64,000 bases of DNA from a virus: positions 1-64,000 of the IMG/VR virus record IMGVR_UViG_3300037245_001773, one strand, 5' to 3'. The notes under the pieces were generated by a model, which saw only the letters and a program-made list of their open reading frames with translations, was not told the DNA's origin and searched no databases. How positions within the stretch are numbered: the first letter of the stretch is position 1; each line of letters begins with the position of its first letter. This document shows, one piece after another, positions 17,975 through 27,194 of this stretch. The translations under genes and the position numbers were made by a program.

Positions 17975-18397
17975 ATGAAAATTCTAATTTTAATTATTCT
18001 CTTCCCGGCAATCGCCAGCGCTCAATATTTTGAGCCGTTTACGACTCAGGATTACGTGCTGCAATCTATCTACACTGCTGTAACCGTAATTGACTGGGCA
18101 CAAACTAAGGATTTCGTTTCCCAGGGAATTGAAGAAAGAAACATTATCTTAGGTAAATACCCCTCACAAGACAGAATAGATATTCTTATTTTTAGTGCCA
18201 TCGTTGTGCATGGTTTGATTACTTACGCCCTTCCGAGAAAGTATCGTTTTTACTGGCAATCACCTTGGATTGTCACTGAATATGTTGCTGTTTGCTATAC
18301 TAAGTATGATATGGAATTGCATGGTTACAAATTAACAAAAAACCCACCTGGTAATTGTGAAGGTGCCCATAAAATAGAAATTATTATAAAATTTTAG
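17975..18397 (+). CDS. Membrane/exported protein (DUF5658-like D...T...G..E.N pattern)
   Basis: Signal peptide, hydrophobic helices, own promoter; only credible + strand gene. Confidence 0.75.
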   Translation: MKILILIILFPAIASAQYFEPFTTQDYVLQSIYTAVTVIDWAQTKDFVSQGIEERNIILGKYPSQDRIDILIFSAIVVHGLITYALPRKYRFYWQSPWIVTEYVAVCYTKYDMELHGYKLTKNPPGNCEGAHKIEIIIKF

Positions 18398-18413
18398 AAA
18401 TTGATTATTTATT

Positions 18414-19793
18414 TTATGCAGCGTACCATATAGTTACCCATCCACGGTTATAAGATGGATCATTAAAACTACCGTTATCTAACTGACCGCTTGTTAGTCT
18501 TAAAATATCTACAGTAGTAGTGGTAATGTACCTAACCCAAACCTGCATTTCACCATTAGTTATAGATGAGGACCCACCAGCAGCATAATATATACTATCT
18601 TGATCATTTCTGATCAAAATATTAACACTTCTAATATTAGCAAGAGTCAGCCCATGTGGTACGGCAATGTTTCCAGTCGTATCCATGTTCCAATTACCGA
18701 TATTAATGATCTTACATTTCAATCCATTTGCAGCAACTCCTGCTTGATCTTTTACGCTGTCGACTTCATTAATAGCGTTGTTGTCTCCTGATATTGTTTT
18801 ATTTGTAAGTGTTTCAGATCCTGCTTTAGTTGCAGCGGTCGCTTTGTCGTAAACATCAAGATTTGTTCGAGAAATTGCTTTACTAGCTACATCATTTAGG
18901 TTTTCACTTTTTTCCAATCTCTTGTTTGAATCAATATCTGCTAAAACTTCTGGAGTAAGCAACAAAGACCCTGAATCAGTCAAAACTTTCCCAATCGGCT
19001 CATAAAAAGTATAATCAGCCGGTAATGTCGGTGTAGTAGCACTCAATGAAAACAATCCTGCCTGCGTGTCTGTGGTAGGGTTGTATATCACGTATATATA
19101 ATACAAAGTACTCGCTGCTACCGATCCCGTGTCAAGTCCATTTGCGCCCGATGTGGTTATATCAGCTGTTAGATTAACTGCATCCGCTCGGAATGTTTCA
19201 CCATTTACGTTTTGTATGGCTATGTTATCAGCGTCAATGTCGGTTTGAATATTTGGATTACCCGCGTTTTGAATAAGGATTAGGTTTTTCCAGATTCCGG
19301 GAATGGATTCTGGGGCCAATGTTGTTGCTCGATTAATAAACCCATATTTACCGGACCCGGTTATCACTTTCCCGGTATCGCTGACATTTATATCAAAAAA
19401 ACAATCATCTCCAAATATCAAATCTTGTGAGGAATTATCAAGCGTAATACTTGGATCGGATATTACCTTTAATCGATCAATGGCTGATAAATCGAAGTCA
19501 TTTGTTAATGTGTCTAGTCCGATGATATAAACTCTGTCATCGTCATCCAATACCACTATGTTGTCGTCTTTGTCGCGTAGCGTTTGGTCTGATGATTGGT
19601 ATTTTAACGTACAATCATTTAAGGCTAATTGTGCAGCCGTCCCGATTACATGATCCTGCTGTATTTCGAATAGAGCTTGATTGAAATATTTATCAAATAT
19701 TCCATTCCCACCGGACACGCCGGATCTTTTCAGCCCGGTCGGTACGGTGTCCCTTTGTTCTGGGTCTATCGCGAATAATTTTCTTCCACTCAT
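18414..19793 (-). CDS. Tail fibre / receptor-binding protein
   Basis: Last gene of baseplate block; GANGLDTG..AAST.YY, NLNDVA...RTNL and ETLTNKTI fibre motifs. Confidence 0.8.
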   Translation of the reverse strand: MSGRKLFAIDPEQRDTVPTGLKRSGVSGGNGIFDKYFNQALFEIQQDHVIGTAAQLALNDCTLKYQSSDQTLRDKDDNIVVLDDDDRVYIIGLDTLTNDFDLSAIDRLKVISDPSITLDNSSQDLIFGDDCFFDINVSDTGKVITGSGKYGFINRATTLAPESIPGIWKNLILIQNAGNPNIQTDIDADNIAIQNVNGETFRADAVNLTADITTSGANGLDTGSVAASTLYYIYVIYNPTTDTQAGLFSLSATTPTLPADYTFYEPIGKVLTDSGSLLLTPEVLADIDSNKRLEKSENLNDVASKAISRTNLDVYDKATAATKAGSETLTNKTISGDNNAINEVDSVKDQAGVAANGLKCKIINIGNWNMDTTGNIAVPHGLTLANIRSVNILIRNDQDSIYYAAGGSSSITNGEMQVWVRYITTTTVDILRLTSGQLDNGSFNDPSYNRGWVTIWYAA

Positions 19794-19794
19794 A

Positions 19795-20400
19795 TTAACT
19801 TATGTGTTTGATAAATTTACCGCCGTCGCTGCCGTCTGACAATGTTGCAAATCCTGAGCCAACAGGCACGCCACCATCAGCAGACGTTGAAAATAGAAAT
19901 ACAGGGGTGTCTTGTAACCCAATATCTAATCGTACCCCCTGAGCCCTGATTGATTGCATCTCTCTGTCTATTTCTTCCTCGTTGGTTACGTCGTCTATTT
20001 CGTCTACAATTGCATACAGTGCAAGCGCTCGTGGGTAAAAAAATTCATGGTCAACTCTTGACGCTCCTGACAAGTTTGTCAATGCCTGGATTAATACTTC
20101 GTGTTGTCCTGCCTTCCTTAATTTTGCTGGAAGAATTTGCAAAAAAGACCTGTACTGGTCATCTGTTCTGTTGTTCCTGTCTCCTTGATCTCCGAAAAAT
20201 TCCCCGAGTCCGTCTAACTGAACGCCGTCAGCGGTGGATATGGCACGCTCATTAATCATCTGATTCAGAACGTCCTCAAGTATCTGGATTCTGTTGGCAC
20301 GTATCTTGATTACTTTGTCGATGTTGGTTTTATTTTTAAACCGCTTGACCATCCTGGCTTGTGCGGCTTCGACATTATCTGTTATGGGTTCAAATGTCAT
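19795..20400 (-). CDS. Baseplate wedge protein (DUF2612-like)
   Basis: I.TA.GVQLD.LGE..G..R....DD.YR; follows baseplate J. Confidence 0.8.
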   Translation of the reverse strand: MTFEPITDNVEAAQARMVKRFKNKTNIDKVIKIRANRIQILEDVLNQMINERAISTADGVQLDGLGEFFGDQGDRNNRTDDQYRSFLQILPAKLRKAGQHEVLIQALTNLSGASRVDHEFFYPRALALYAIVDEIDDVTNEEEIDREMQSIRAQGVRLDIGLQDTPVFLFSTSADGGVPVGSGFATLSDGSDGGKFIKHIS

Positions 20401-21794
20401 GTGCTAATTACCCCCACGTCAGGCGTATCAATATTTGCAAAATCAGTAGGGTCAATAACTATCGGGGCCGTGTTTGACGGTGAAGCAGATGTATCGAATT
20501 TAAGTGATGTTATTGTAATTATGCCGGGTACAAGAGCCGTTATTGACCCTTTTAAAAATTCAGGCCATAAATCTTGACCTGGATCGAATTCAATTAACGC
20601 AAGTGCGGCTTTGACTTGATCGTCACCTGTGGCAGGATATACTGGACCTTGAAATATATCTGTATTTGTCGTCAACTCAACGTCAACCCACGTTCTAAGC
20701 TCTGTCAGTCTTGAGAATTTTATTGTAACGTCGTTACCCTGCGAATCTGTGACAATCTCAGTGACGTTCCCGAATGTTTGAATCCCCGAAGAAACGGCAT
20801 TAAATACACCTTCCGCCACGTCCTCATCTGTCCCTCCGGACGCAAAACATTCGACGGTGCCGGGTTCGCGTCCTTCTGAATCTACAATATTTGATGTATT
20901 TTCAAATACAGAGGCGGCTGTAACTCCTGACACTTCCAAAAGTATAGCAATGATTGCCTCTCTAAACCCACCGCCTGCAATACTAACCGTTTCGTCAACT
21001 CTTTCTCTTACCTCTGGGTCCGTCTCTGCATCAACTCCAAGTACCGCGTCGTCTGCATTTTCGGCGGCCACTACTCCAGGGACTGAACCCGATATATTTC
21101 TGAGTGTTCCAGCAAGTGCTATGACCGGGCCTGTCTCTTGAGCTTCGAAAGGTATTGGTGTTGCTTCATGGGCGTTTATTGAACCAGTTGCAGGGCTGAC
21201 AGCTCCGGAGTCAACCACATAGTCAAACGTGGTCCCGGTTACTCCTGATATTTCGGTTAGGATATTGTATTCTGATTGATCAGCGCCTTCAATAAATACA
21301 AACGATCCATCTATATATGAATGACCACCTGATATTGTGACCGTCGCGAGACCTACTGATTGCGTGATGCTGGTTACAGATTCGGTTCCAATACTTCCGA
21401 GTGTTGCGGCTGCCGGGTTCTGGAATATGGCGGTTGTTTCATCAACCGTCACCTTTAACGCCTCGGCCGCAATAGCCTGGTTTACTGTTCCCCTGACGTA
21501 CTCTGTGACGGTTGAATTCGTGGCGACTTGTCTTGAGTGTCCGGTTATTTCGAGATTAAAATCGAGATTGATACCTTGAGACGTGCTTCGAAAACCGGAT
21601 GAGTAACAGAATTGAATAGCCTCTTGGAGTAACGCCTCGCGCTCAGCGTATACACCTATCTCCTTGCCAGCCAGTGCATTATCAGCAACATTAAAAGAAG
21701 CCCCGAGCTCGTCCCTATAGTCCTGTTCAACCTCTAATTTTATCTCTTCTAAGCTCTGAACAGATAATCCGGTTTCGTCAAATTCAATTGGCAT
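20397..21794 (-). CDS. Baseplate J / gp47 family protein
   Basis: G..LD, FEA.ETG, G.DAETD..VRER, V.GV..A.VFEN, GI.TFG. Confidence 0.92.
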   Translation of the reverse strand: MPIEFDETGLSVQSLEEIKLEVEQDYRDELGASFNVADNALAGKEIGVYAEREALLQEAIQFCYSSGFRSTSQGINLDFNLEITGHSRQVATNSTVTEYVRGTVNQAIAAEALKVTVDETTAIFQNPAAATLGSIGTESVTSITQSVGLATVTISGGHSYIDGSFVFIEGADQSEYNILTEISGVTGTTFDYVVDSGAVSPATGSINAHEATPIPFEAQETGPVIALAGTLRNISGSVPGVVAAENADDAVLGVDAETDPEVRERVDETVSIAGGGFREAIIAILLEVSGVTAASVFENTSNIVDSEGREPGTVECFASGGTDEDVAEGVFNAVSSGIQTFGNVTEIVTDSQGNDVTIKFSRLTELRTWVDVELTTNTDIFQGPVYPATGDDQVKAALALIEFDPGQDLWPEFLKGSITALVPGIITITSLKFDTSASPSNTAPIVIDPTDFANIDTPDVGVIST

Positions 21795-22159
21795 TATAGT
21801 GTAACCTCAAGTTCAATCACTCCAAATTCTGTAAGTGCTTCGATATCTACGACTAATTCTGTTTGACCCAGATCAAGTTCGAATTTGTTCAATGAAATAA
21901 CTCCTAACGTATTTTCTGATGCTGCGATTAATTGTCCTTCTTGAGCCGTGGTTATTGTTTTGGCTCCCATTATTCCGGCGTCATTATCGAAAAACAGTAT
22001 GCCCTCATCGAAATTCAGAAACCAATCTTTTTTTGATAGCTTGAGATTTGTTTCCATCTGCTGTTTAATGACTTCGGCATCTTCGACAATGACGAATGAA
22101 CCGTTTTCAATGGCTCTATCCCCGCTTGCATCAAGTTTGTAATCGGTATATGTTGCCAT
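21794..22159 (-). CDS. Baseplate sheath initiator (gp25/DUF2634-like)
   Basis: D.KLD..GD...., L.L.K.DWFLN..EGI, T.FG; position before baseplate J. Confidence 0.75.
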   Translation of the reverse strand: MATYTDYKLDASGDRAIENGSFVIVEDAEVIKQQMETNLKLSKKDWFLNFDEGILFFDNDAGIMGAKTITTAQEGQLIAASENTLGVISLNKFELDLGQTELVVDIEALTEFGVIELEVTL

Positions 22160-22854
22160 TAGTTTATCAGCGTAGCAAGTTTTTGGGCGATTGCCTCGTT
22201 ATCTGTTTTCATCGTCGCTAAATCAGTCAATATTTTACTGTTTGTTCCTGTCGAAGCTGTACCAGGATTATCAACGCTACCACTTAACTTGTCTATCAAT
22301 GTGTTTTGAACTGTTAGCAAATCTTGTATTAGTGTCGGTATGTCAGCCGTCTCTGACCCTATTTCAAGTTTCGTGCCAGACATTACTTTTATTTCTGCCG
22401 TGTCGTCTTTCGGCGGACTTGTCCATGCCATCAAGTCAGGATACAGCCCTAAAACCGCAACGGCGTCTGCATAATAAAACTTTCTTCCGTCAGTGGGAAG
22501 GACATTGCCTCCGGTCTTTTTCCAGTTGGCTAGATAGTTATTTGAAATTATCAGCCCGACCCACGACCCAATTAACGATTTATCATCCGTTGGTGGCCTG
22601 ATAATAAATGTGTTTGTCCGTCCAACCATCATCAAAGGGATACTTTGTATCGCCCTTGGTTTGGCTAGATTCGTTTCCGGGTCAATCTGCAAGAAAGCTG
22701 AAACAACATCAACCACAACCGTGTTAGGGTTTACAGGTGATCTTTTAACCTTCGATATCGTAGCAGGGAAGAACGTTGACACTTCATTAAAAAGAACACG
22801 CTGAACGACTGATTCAATCGCATCCTCCATGCTCTCTGAGTTTTCTTGTGTCAC
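22159..22854 (-). CDS. Baseplate spike (Gp138-like)
   Basis: T.FPA.I, IP(L), W...G...P...R.F...DAVAVLG. Confidence 0.75.
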   Translation of the reverse strand: MTQENSESMEDAIESVVQRVLFNEVSTFFPATISKVKRSPVNPNTVVVDVVSAFLQIDPETNLAKPRAIQSIPLMMVGRTNTFIIRPPTDDKSLIGSWVGLIISNNYLANWKKTGGNVLPTDGRKFYYADAVAVLGLYPDLMAWTSPPKDDTAEIKVMSGTKLEIGSETADIPTLIQDLLTVQNTLIDKLSGSVDNPGTASTGTNSKILTDLATMKTDNEAIAQKLATLIN

Positions 22855-23795
22855 CCTGTAACCTGTTTTAATAAATCAATAAACTTTGTTGTCACGCTAG
22901 TTTTAAATTCTCCCTCCCTGTTATCGCCTGAATGGATAATTTTACTAGACACCGTTATTCCTGATCTCTCAATACCAGCCGCCCCGCCGCTTGCAATTGC
23001 CAACCTGTCTGTCGTTGTTGATATCACTTTTACCGGATCATTTATTCTATATGTGGCATCGAGTCTGGTCTCATATTCAAGTCCACTAGTAGTTGCCCTC
23101 GGTGCGCCGATAAGACCATTTATTTCTGATACAATCTTTGTTTCTCTGCCTTTCGTCGGAAGTCCTAGCGGGTCAAATGATACTCCAGCATCATCCCAAT
23201 AGACAACTATTCTACGTGGTAACCCTTTACTGAATGCTGTCAGAATTGAATCAAGCGTTCCTTCAATGAGTTCATCTTCGTCATAAACAGCACCCGCTAA
23301 GTTGGTTCTTAGGGCTGTGTCTTGTCCGGATTCGATAATTCCACCGGCCTGTCTTATTATTGATAGTACAGCATCTGCCTTGGATTGTCCAGCCGCGGCT
23401 TGATATGTTATCGGCCTACGCATTAATTCATAATAAATATTTCTACACTCAACCCTTGTTATATAATCAGGGGCTTCGAACGTGGTTAAGGCTTGGACCA
23501 CAACACCTGAGTACATTTGTTTGGGACCGTCTTCAATAAACCCGCCCTTGATTGTAACCTGTGGACCGAATTGGGTTGCGAAAGGATCGAATTTAAAATC
23601 AATTGCCCCGGAGTGTTCTTCGCTCAGATTATATATTTCAAGTGATGCGCTGTTTGGTTCGCTGGAAACCTGCTTTTCGACTTGGAACTTTACAAATATT
23701 TGAGGCTGGAATAAAGCGAAAGCGAGTTCATTTATTGTAAATGGTGCTGAATCTTTTGGGTTGAATGTTACTTCTAAATGCCTGGTACGTGTCAT
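22851..23795 (-). CDS. Baseplate hub protein
   Basis: F.VEK....PN.A.LEIYNLS, GLIGAP, H.GDN. Confidence 0.8.
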   Translation of the reverse strand: MTRTRHLEVTFNPKDSAPFTINELAFALFQPQIFVKFQVEKQVSSEPNSASLEIYNLSEEHSGAIDFKFDPFATQFGPQVTIKGGFIEDGPKQMYSGVVVQALTTFEAPDYITRVECRNIYYELMRRPITYQAAAGQSKADAVLSIIRQAGGIIESGQDTALRTNLAGAVYDEDELIEGTLDSILTAFSKGLPRRIVVYWDDAGVSFDPLGLPTKGRETKIVSEINGLIGAPRATTSGLEYETRLDATYRINDPVKVISTTTDRLAIASGGAAGIERSGITVSSKIIHSGDNREGEFKTSVTTKFIDLLKQVTG

Positions 23796-23995
23796 GTTAC
23801 AGAACCCGTGCCCGTCCCGTTTATAGTGTCAGGCGTCGTTACCACGGTTGCCACGGTACCACCTTTCACATATGTATCAATGGCATCTGCTATAGCATTG
23901 GCGACTGTTGTGTCTGCCGGCTGTAACCCTTGCCCGTGTGCCGCTGCGAATGCGTTAGCTATCGCTGTTCCGAGTGCTGCTTTATTAAGTGCCAT
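23792..23995 (-). CDS. Small baseplate-associated protein
   Basis: MALNKAAL...A.AIADAIDTYVK.G.V...GTG.V pattern; coupled stops and starts. Confidence 0.7.
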   Translation of the reverse strand: MALNKAALGTAIANAFAAAHGQGLQPADTTVANAIADAIDTYVKGGTVATVVTTPDTINGTGTGSVT

Positions 23996-24308
23996 TTGAT
24001 TCTGTATAGTTAAAGGTTATCCGTCCGCCAAACGTGTTTCGGGTGGGGTCACGGTTAAGTCCGTCAAAATCAAATAGTCTCAGTTCGCCCGGGGGAACTG
24101 CTAAATGGTGAAGCTGTTGGATCATATCAACACCGTTTTGAACAGTTATTCCTCTTGCCGCTTCCCCGATACTCAAAATGAATCTGTCCGGTCTTGACAA
24201 AAATTGAACCGTGAAAGTGTAAGTCACATCTTCAAGGGTCTTTTGGAATGACCGATAAAACTTTCTGTCTTCTGAGAAGTTGGGCAGGTTAAATAATATA
24301 TCGGCCAT
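23985..24308 (-). CDS. Baseplate plug-like protein
   Basis: L..VTY.F, G..V..GVD, DP.R..FG; position. Confidence 0.65.
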   Translation of the reverse strand: MADILFNLPNFSEDRKFYRSFQKTLEDVTYTFTVQFLSRPDRFILSIGEAARGITVQNGVDMIQQLHHLAVPPGELRLFDFDGLNRDPTRNTFGGRITFNYTESNGT

Positions 24309-24814
24309 TAAATAACCCCAATCGGAATAACACTGGTTGCTGAATGTGCAATACTTGAGTCAACTAAAAGAGCCGCCGCCAATGCAGCAAGACCCAAATC
24401 AGTCAATTGAACCTCAACGAATTTGATAGTTATTTTAATCGATTTACCGTCTGATGGTTGCTTGCTCGGATTAAGTTCCTGGATATGCATATTGATATAT
24501 GATCTTAGACCGAGAACAAGAATCAATGAGACCTTGAGTTTCTGCCATATTCTTAACTGAGCATATATAACACGGTGCCGACCTTCAAAGCTACTAACCC
24601 CGTCTTGTAGTGGGGTATCAGTTACCAATATATTCAACTCTACTTCGTCCGGTTGTTCCTGTGCATGGTCTGATCCAAATCTACCAGACTCAACGGGGTA
24701 ACGAGTATACCTGACAACAGAACTATGATTTTCTGAGTTTAAAGAATCAATCAAAATAGGGATCCCGGGCCCTATGATTATTGACCTCTTTCCAGTTCCT
24801 CTTGTGAAACTCAT
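24308..24814 (-). CDS. Dit-like baseplate/tail initiator
   Basis: E.H.....T.YPVE.G...SDH....P, Y.NM.I, I.F.EV. Confidence 0.8.
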   Translation of the reverse strand: MSFTRGTGKRSIIIGPGIPILIDSLNSENHSSVVRYTRYPVESGRFGSDHAQEQPDEVELNILVTDTPLQDGVSSFEGRHRVIYAQLRIWQKLKVSLILVLGLRSYINMHIQELNPSKQPSDGKSIKITIKFVEVQLTDLGLAALAAALLVDSSIAHSATSVIPIGVI

Positions 24815-26130
24815 TTACTAACCGCTGGCTGTACTGTTGTGTTAAGTGCTTGAGGGGTTTCTCTTCTCTGACTGTTTTTAATTATCCGGCTTGCCATTTT
24901 TGATTCGACGGCTCGGGCTGTTTCTTCAGGGTTTTTCGCCTCGGTTATATTAAACGTTGTGTTGTTTGTCGTGTCACCTTGCTTGTTTGTTGTGTTGACC
25001 TGACTTTGTTTTGTGCTTCCCACAGCCGCGCCGAGTAATCCGGCGTTAGGGTCTCCGAATATATTTCTTAAAAAGCCCTGCTTAATTCCGAAGAACCCCT
25101 TGTCGTCCTTTTCTTTTTCGTCCTTTTTTTTAATAATATTCCCGGCCTCGTCAAAGTCTAGTTCGCCACTAAACCCTGACACAAATTTAACAAACTTAAG
25201 CAACGCCTCCCCTACTGATTCACCGGATTCTATGTCTTTCTTGAATTTGTCTATTACCCCGGTTATTTCTTGCGCGGCCTTGTTTATTCCTGGGTTTAAT
25301 TTTTCACCAAGGACAACGACCGTATCCTCTGTAACGGTTGACAATCTATCAAGTGTTGCCTGACTTCTTTTAAGTACTTTAGCGAAGTTAACGTCTAGTT
25401 TTTCCTCCCCTTTGGAAATCTTCCCGCTAAGAAGTGACTTTCTAGTTTCTAATCCTTGCTGTGAAAAGTCAGTGCTTGCTTTTTTTAATGCGTCTATTTC
25501 TTCTACTTTGAAAAATTCAAACGCTACAAGTTCGTCAAGGTTGGCACCTGTTTTTATAAACGTTGAAAATGCCCTTTGAACTTCGTCTACGTCTTTTCCC
25601 AGAACCTTTGACAATTTTATGACAGTTTCAAAGTTATCTATGACAAAGTCAATATCCCCTGTCATGTTCGCGCCTATGTTTATAGCATTAAGCGCGTCCA
25701 GTTCTGACACAAGGTTCCCGGTTTTCTCTCTTATATCGTCAATTCTTTTTAGGGTGTCCTCTATATTGTCTTCTCCTACCCTGAACTCAATAACCCCTCT
25801 AGCCCCTTCAATAGTTGCGAACCCGGTAAAAATTTTAGTTGCGGCGGCTACCCCTGCGGCTATTGCAACGGCTACGACTGCCAGCGCTTTCTTTGCAACG
25901 CTTGCCATTCTCCCTGTCGCGGCCTTGAATTTTGAACCGAAATCTTTCTCGAACTTATTGAAATTTGGCTTTCCCAGCAAGTCTCTAATTTTTAGCTTAC
26001 TTTTCTTGCTTCCTCCTATCCTATCTAGGCTTTCCTTGAGACGTTTAAACCTGGACTTGAATACATCGGCCCCGGTCGTATCAACGTCATACCCTAATTT
26101 TACTGTCAGACTTCTGATTGATTCACCCAT
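24811..26130 (-). CDS. Tape measure protein (short, 439 aa)
   Basis: IRSLTVKLGYDVD N-terminus, Ala-rich hydrophobic helix, follows the chaperone. Confidence 0.85.
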   Translation of the reverse strand: MGESIRSLTVKLGYDVDTTGADVFKSRFKRLKESLDRIGGSKKSKLKIRDLLGKPNFNKFEKDFGSKFKAATGRMASVAKKALAVVAVAIAAGVAAATKIFTGFATIEGARGVIEFRVGEDNIEDTLKRIDDIREKTGNLVSELDALNAINIGANMTGDIDFVIDNFETVIKLSKVLGKDVDEVQRAFSTFIKTGANLDELVAFEFFKVEEIDALKKASTDFSQQGLETRKSLLSGKISKGEEKLDVNFAKVLKRSQATLDRLSTVTEDTVVVLGEKLNPGINKAAQEITGVIDKFKKDIESGESVGEALLKFVKFVSGFSGELDFDEAGNIIKKKDEKEKDDKGFFGIKQGFLRNIFGDPNAGLLGAAVGSTKQSQVNTTNKQGDTTNNTTFNITEAKNPEETARAVESKMASRIIKNSQRRETPQALNTTVQPAVSK

Positions 26131-26392
26131 TTTTAAGAAGGTCCTCTAATTCCTGTTTTTCTTCGTATGCTTTCTGTGCTTTGTGTGAATTTATGGCTTT
26201 GAGGTCTTCAACGTAGATCATTTCTAGCAAGTCGGTATAGGTCCATGATTCGATGATATTTTTTCTTGAGTCGTACCCTTCCATTACGGCGTGCCATTGG
26301 AGACTTTTTGTTTCGCCTAACTCGCTTGGTTCTCCAGTTTCTCCACTATCAAAGAGATCCTGGTGATTATTCCGGTTGATACCAATTTTTTT
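26123..26392 (-). CDS. -1 frameshift extension of the tail assembly chaperone (gpGT-like)
   Basis: -1 frame opens at the A9 run (26386-26394) and stays open to a TGA overlapping the TMP start. Confidence 0.8.
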   Translation of the reverse strand, partial: KKIGINRNNHQDLFDSGETGEPSELGETKSLQWHAVMEGYDSRKNIIESWTYTDLLEMIYVEDLKAINSHKAQKAYEEKQELEDLLKNG

Positions 26393-26754
26393 TTAATGTC
26401 ATTAATCACCTTGCCGAAATTGTGTTCCATAATCCAGGCAACTAAGCTTACTTGATGGTGATAATTTTCTGTGAATGCCGTGTCGTAATCGTCATATTTT
26501 TCCATAACAGGAAATCTTATCCCGGACATGATAATGTCACGCAAAAGATGAGCTCCTTTTTCTGGTTCGAGTCTGTCTAAAAGTCCTGTTACCATTTTTC
26601 CATAGTTCATTTCTGAGTCAATATCTTTTATGCCTTCCCCGACCCCGGTCGCTATATGTTTTAATTGAAGCGCTATTATTGACCTCTGGGTGGCCGGCAT
26701 CTCAACGATTTCATAATTAACACCGTCAATGCTTTTTGGTAGAATGTTAGCCAT
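26317..26754 (-). CDS. Tail assembly chaperone
   Basis: Between tube and TMP; IDG..Y....M.A, .NFG motifs. Confidence 0.8.
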   Translation of the reverse strand: MANILPKSIDGVNYEIVEMPATQRSIIALQLKHIATGVGEGIKDIDSEMNYGKMVTGLLDRLEPEKGAHLLRDIIMSGIRFPVMEKYDDYDTAFTENYHHQVSLVAWIMEHNFGKVINDIKKKLVSTGIITRISLIVEKLENQAS

Positions 26755-27185
26755 TAGACAGCCAAGCCCCCGCCCACGATACCTTTATAATCGTCGACCC
26801 ATATCCGCCACGCCCTGTCTGTGACTGTATCGGCCACCGTGATATCTGCGTATTTCATGATACTGGCCCCGGATCCACTGCCCTCAGTGTCACCACGGAG
26901 ATCGCGAAAAGAAACATCTTTTGTATTGTTTCCAGTATTGAGGTCTTCCGCATGGATGTCTGACAAGAACTTATTTGACTTTGAGTACATCGCCAGTGTG
27001 ACCGTAATAATCACAGACCTGTCGTTTGACATTACCCTAGCGCCCTCTCCATCGTTTCCTTTGTAGTAGGTAAAGGCGTCCTGATTGTAAACAATGCCTA
27101 TCTGGGTCCCCTTCGTGTATCCACCTACCAAGTGATCACCGAAAACAAAAGGATTCTCTGCAGGGTTGATTGTGCTTTGTGTCAT
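26754..27185 (-). CDS. Tail tube protein (DUF3277-like)
   Basis: G.DGEG......RS..IT.TL...S.SN..L, D..G, R.W. Confidence 0.85.
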   Translation of the reverse strand: MTQSTINPAENPFVFGDHLVGGYTKGTQIGIVYNQDAFTYYKGNDGEGARVMSNDRSVIITVTLAMYSKSNKFLSDIHAEDLNTGNNTKDVSFRDLRGDTEGSGSGASIMKYADITVADTVTDRAWRIWVDDYKGIVGGGLAV

Positions 27186-27194
27186 TTATTCTCC

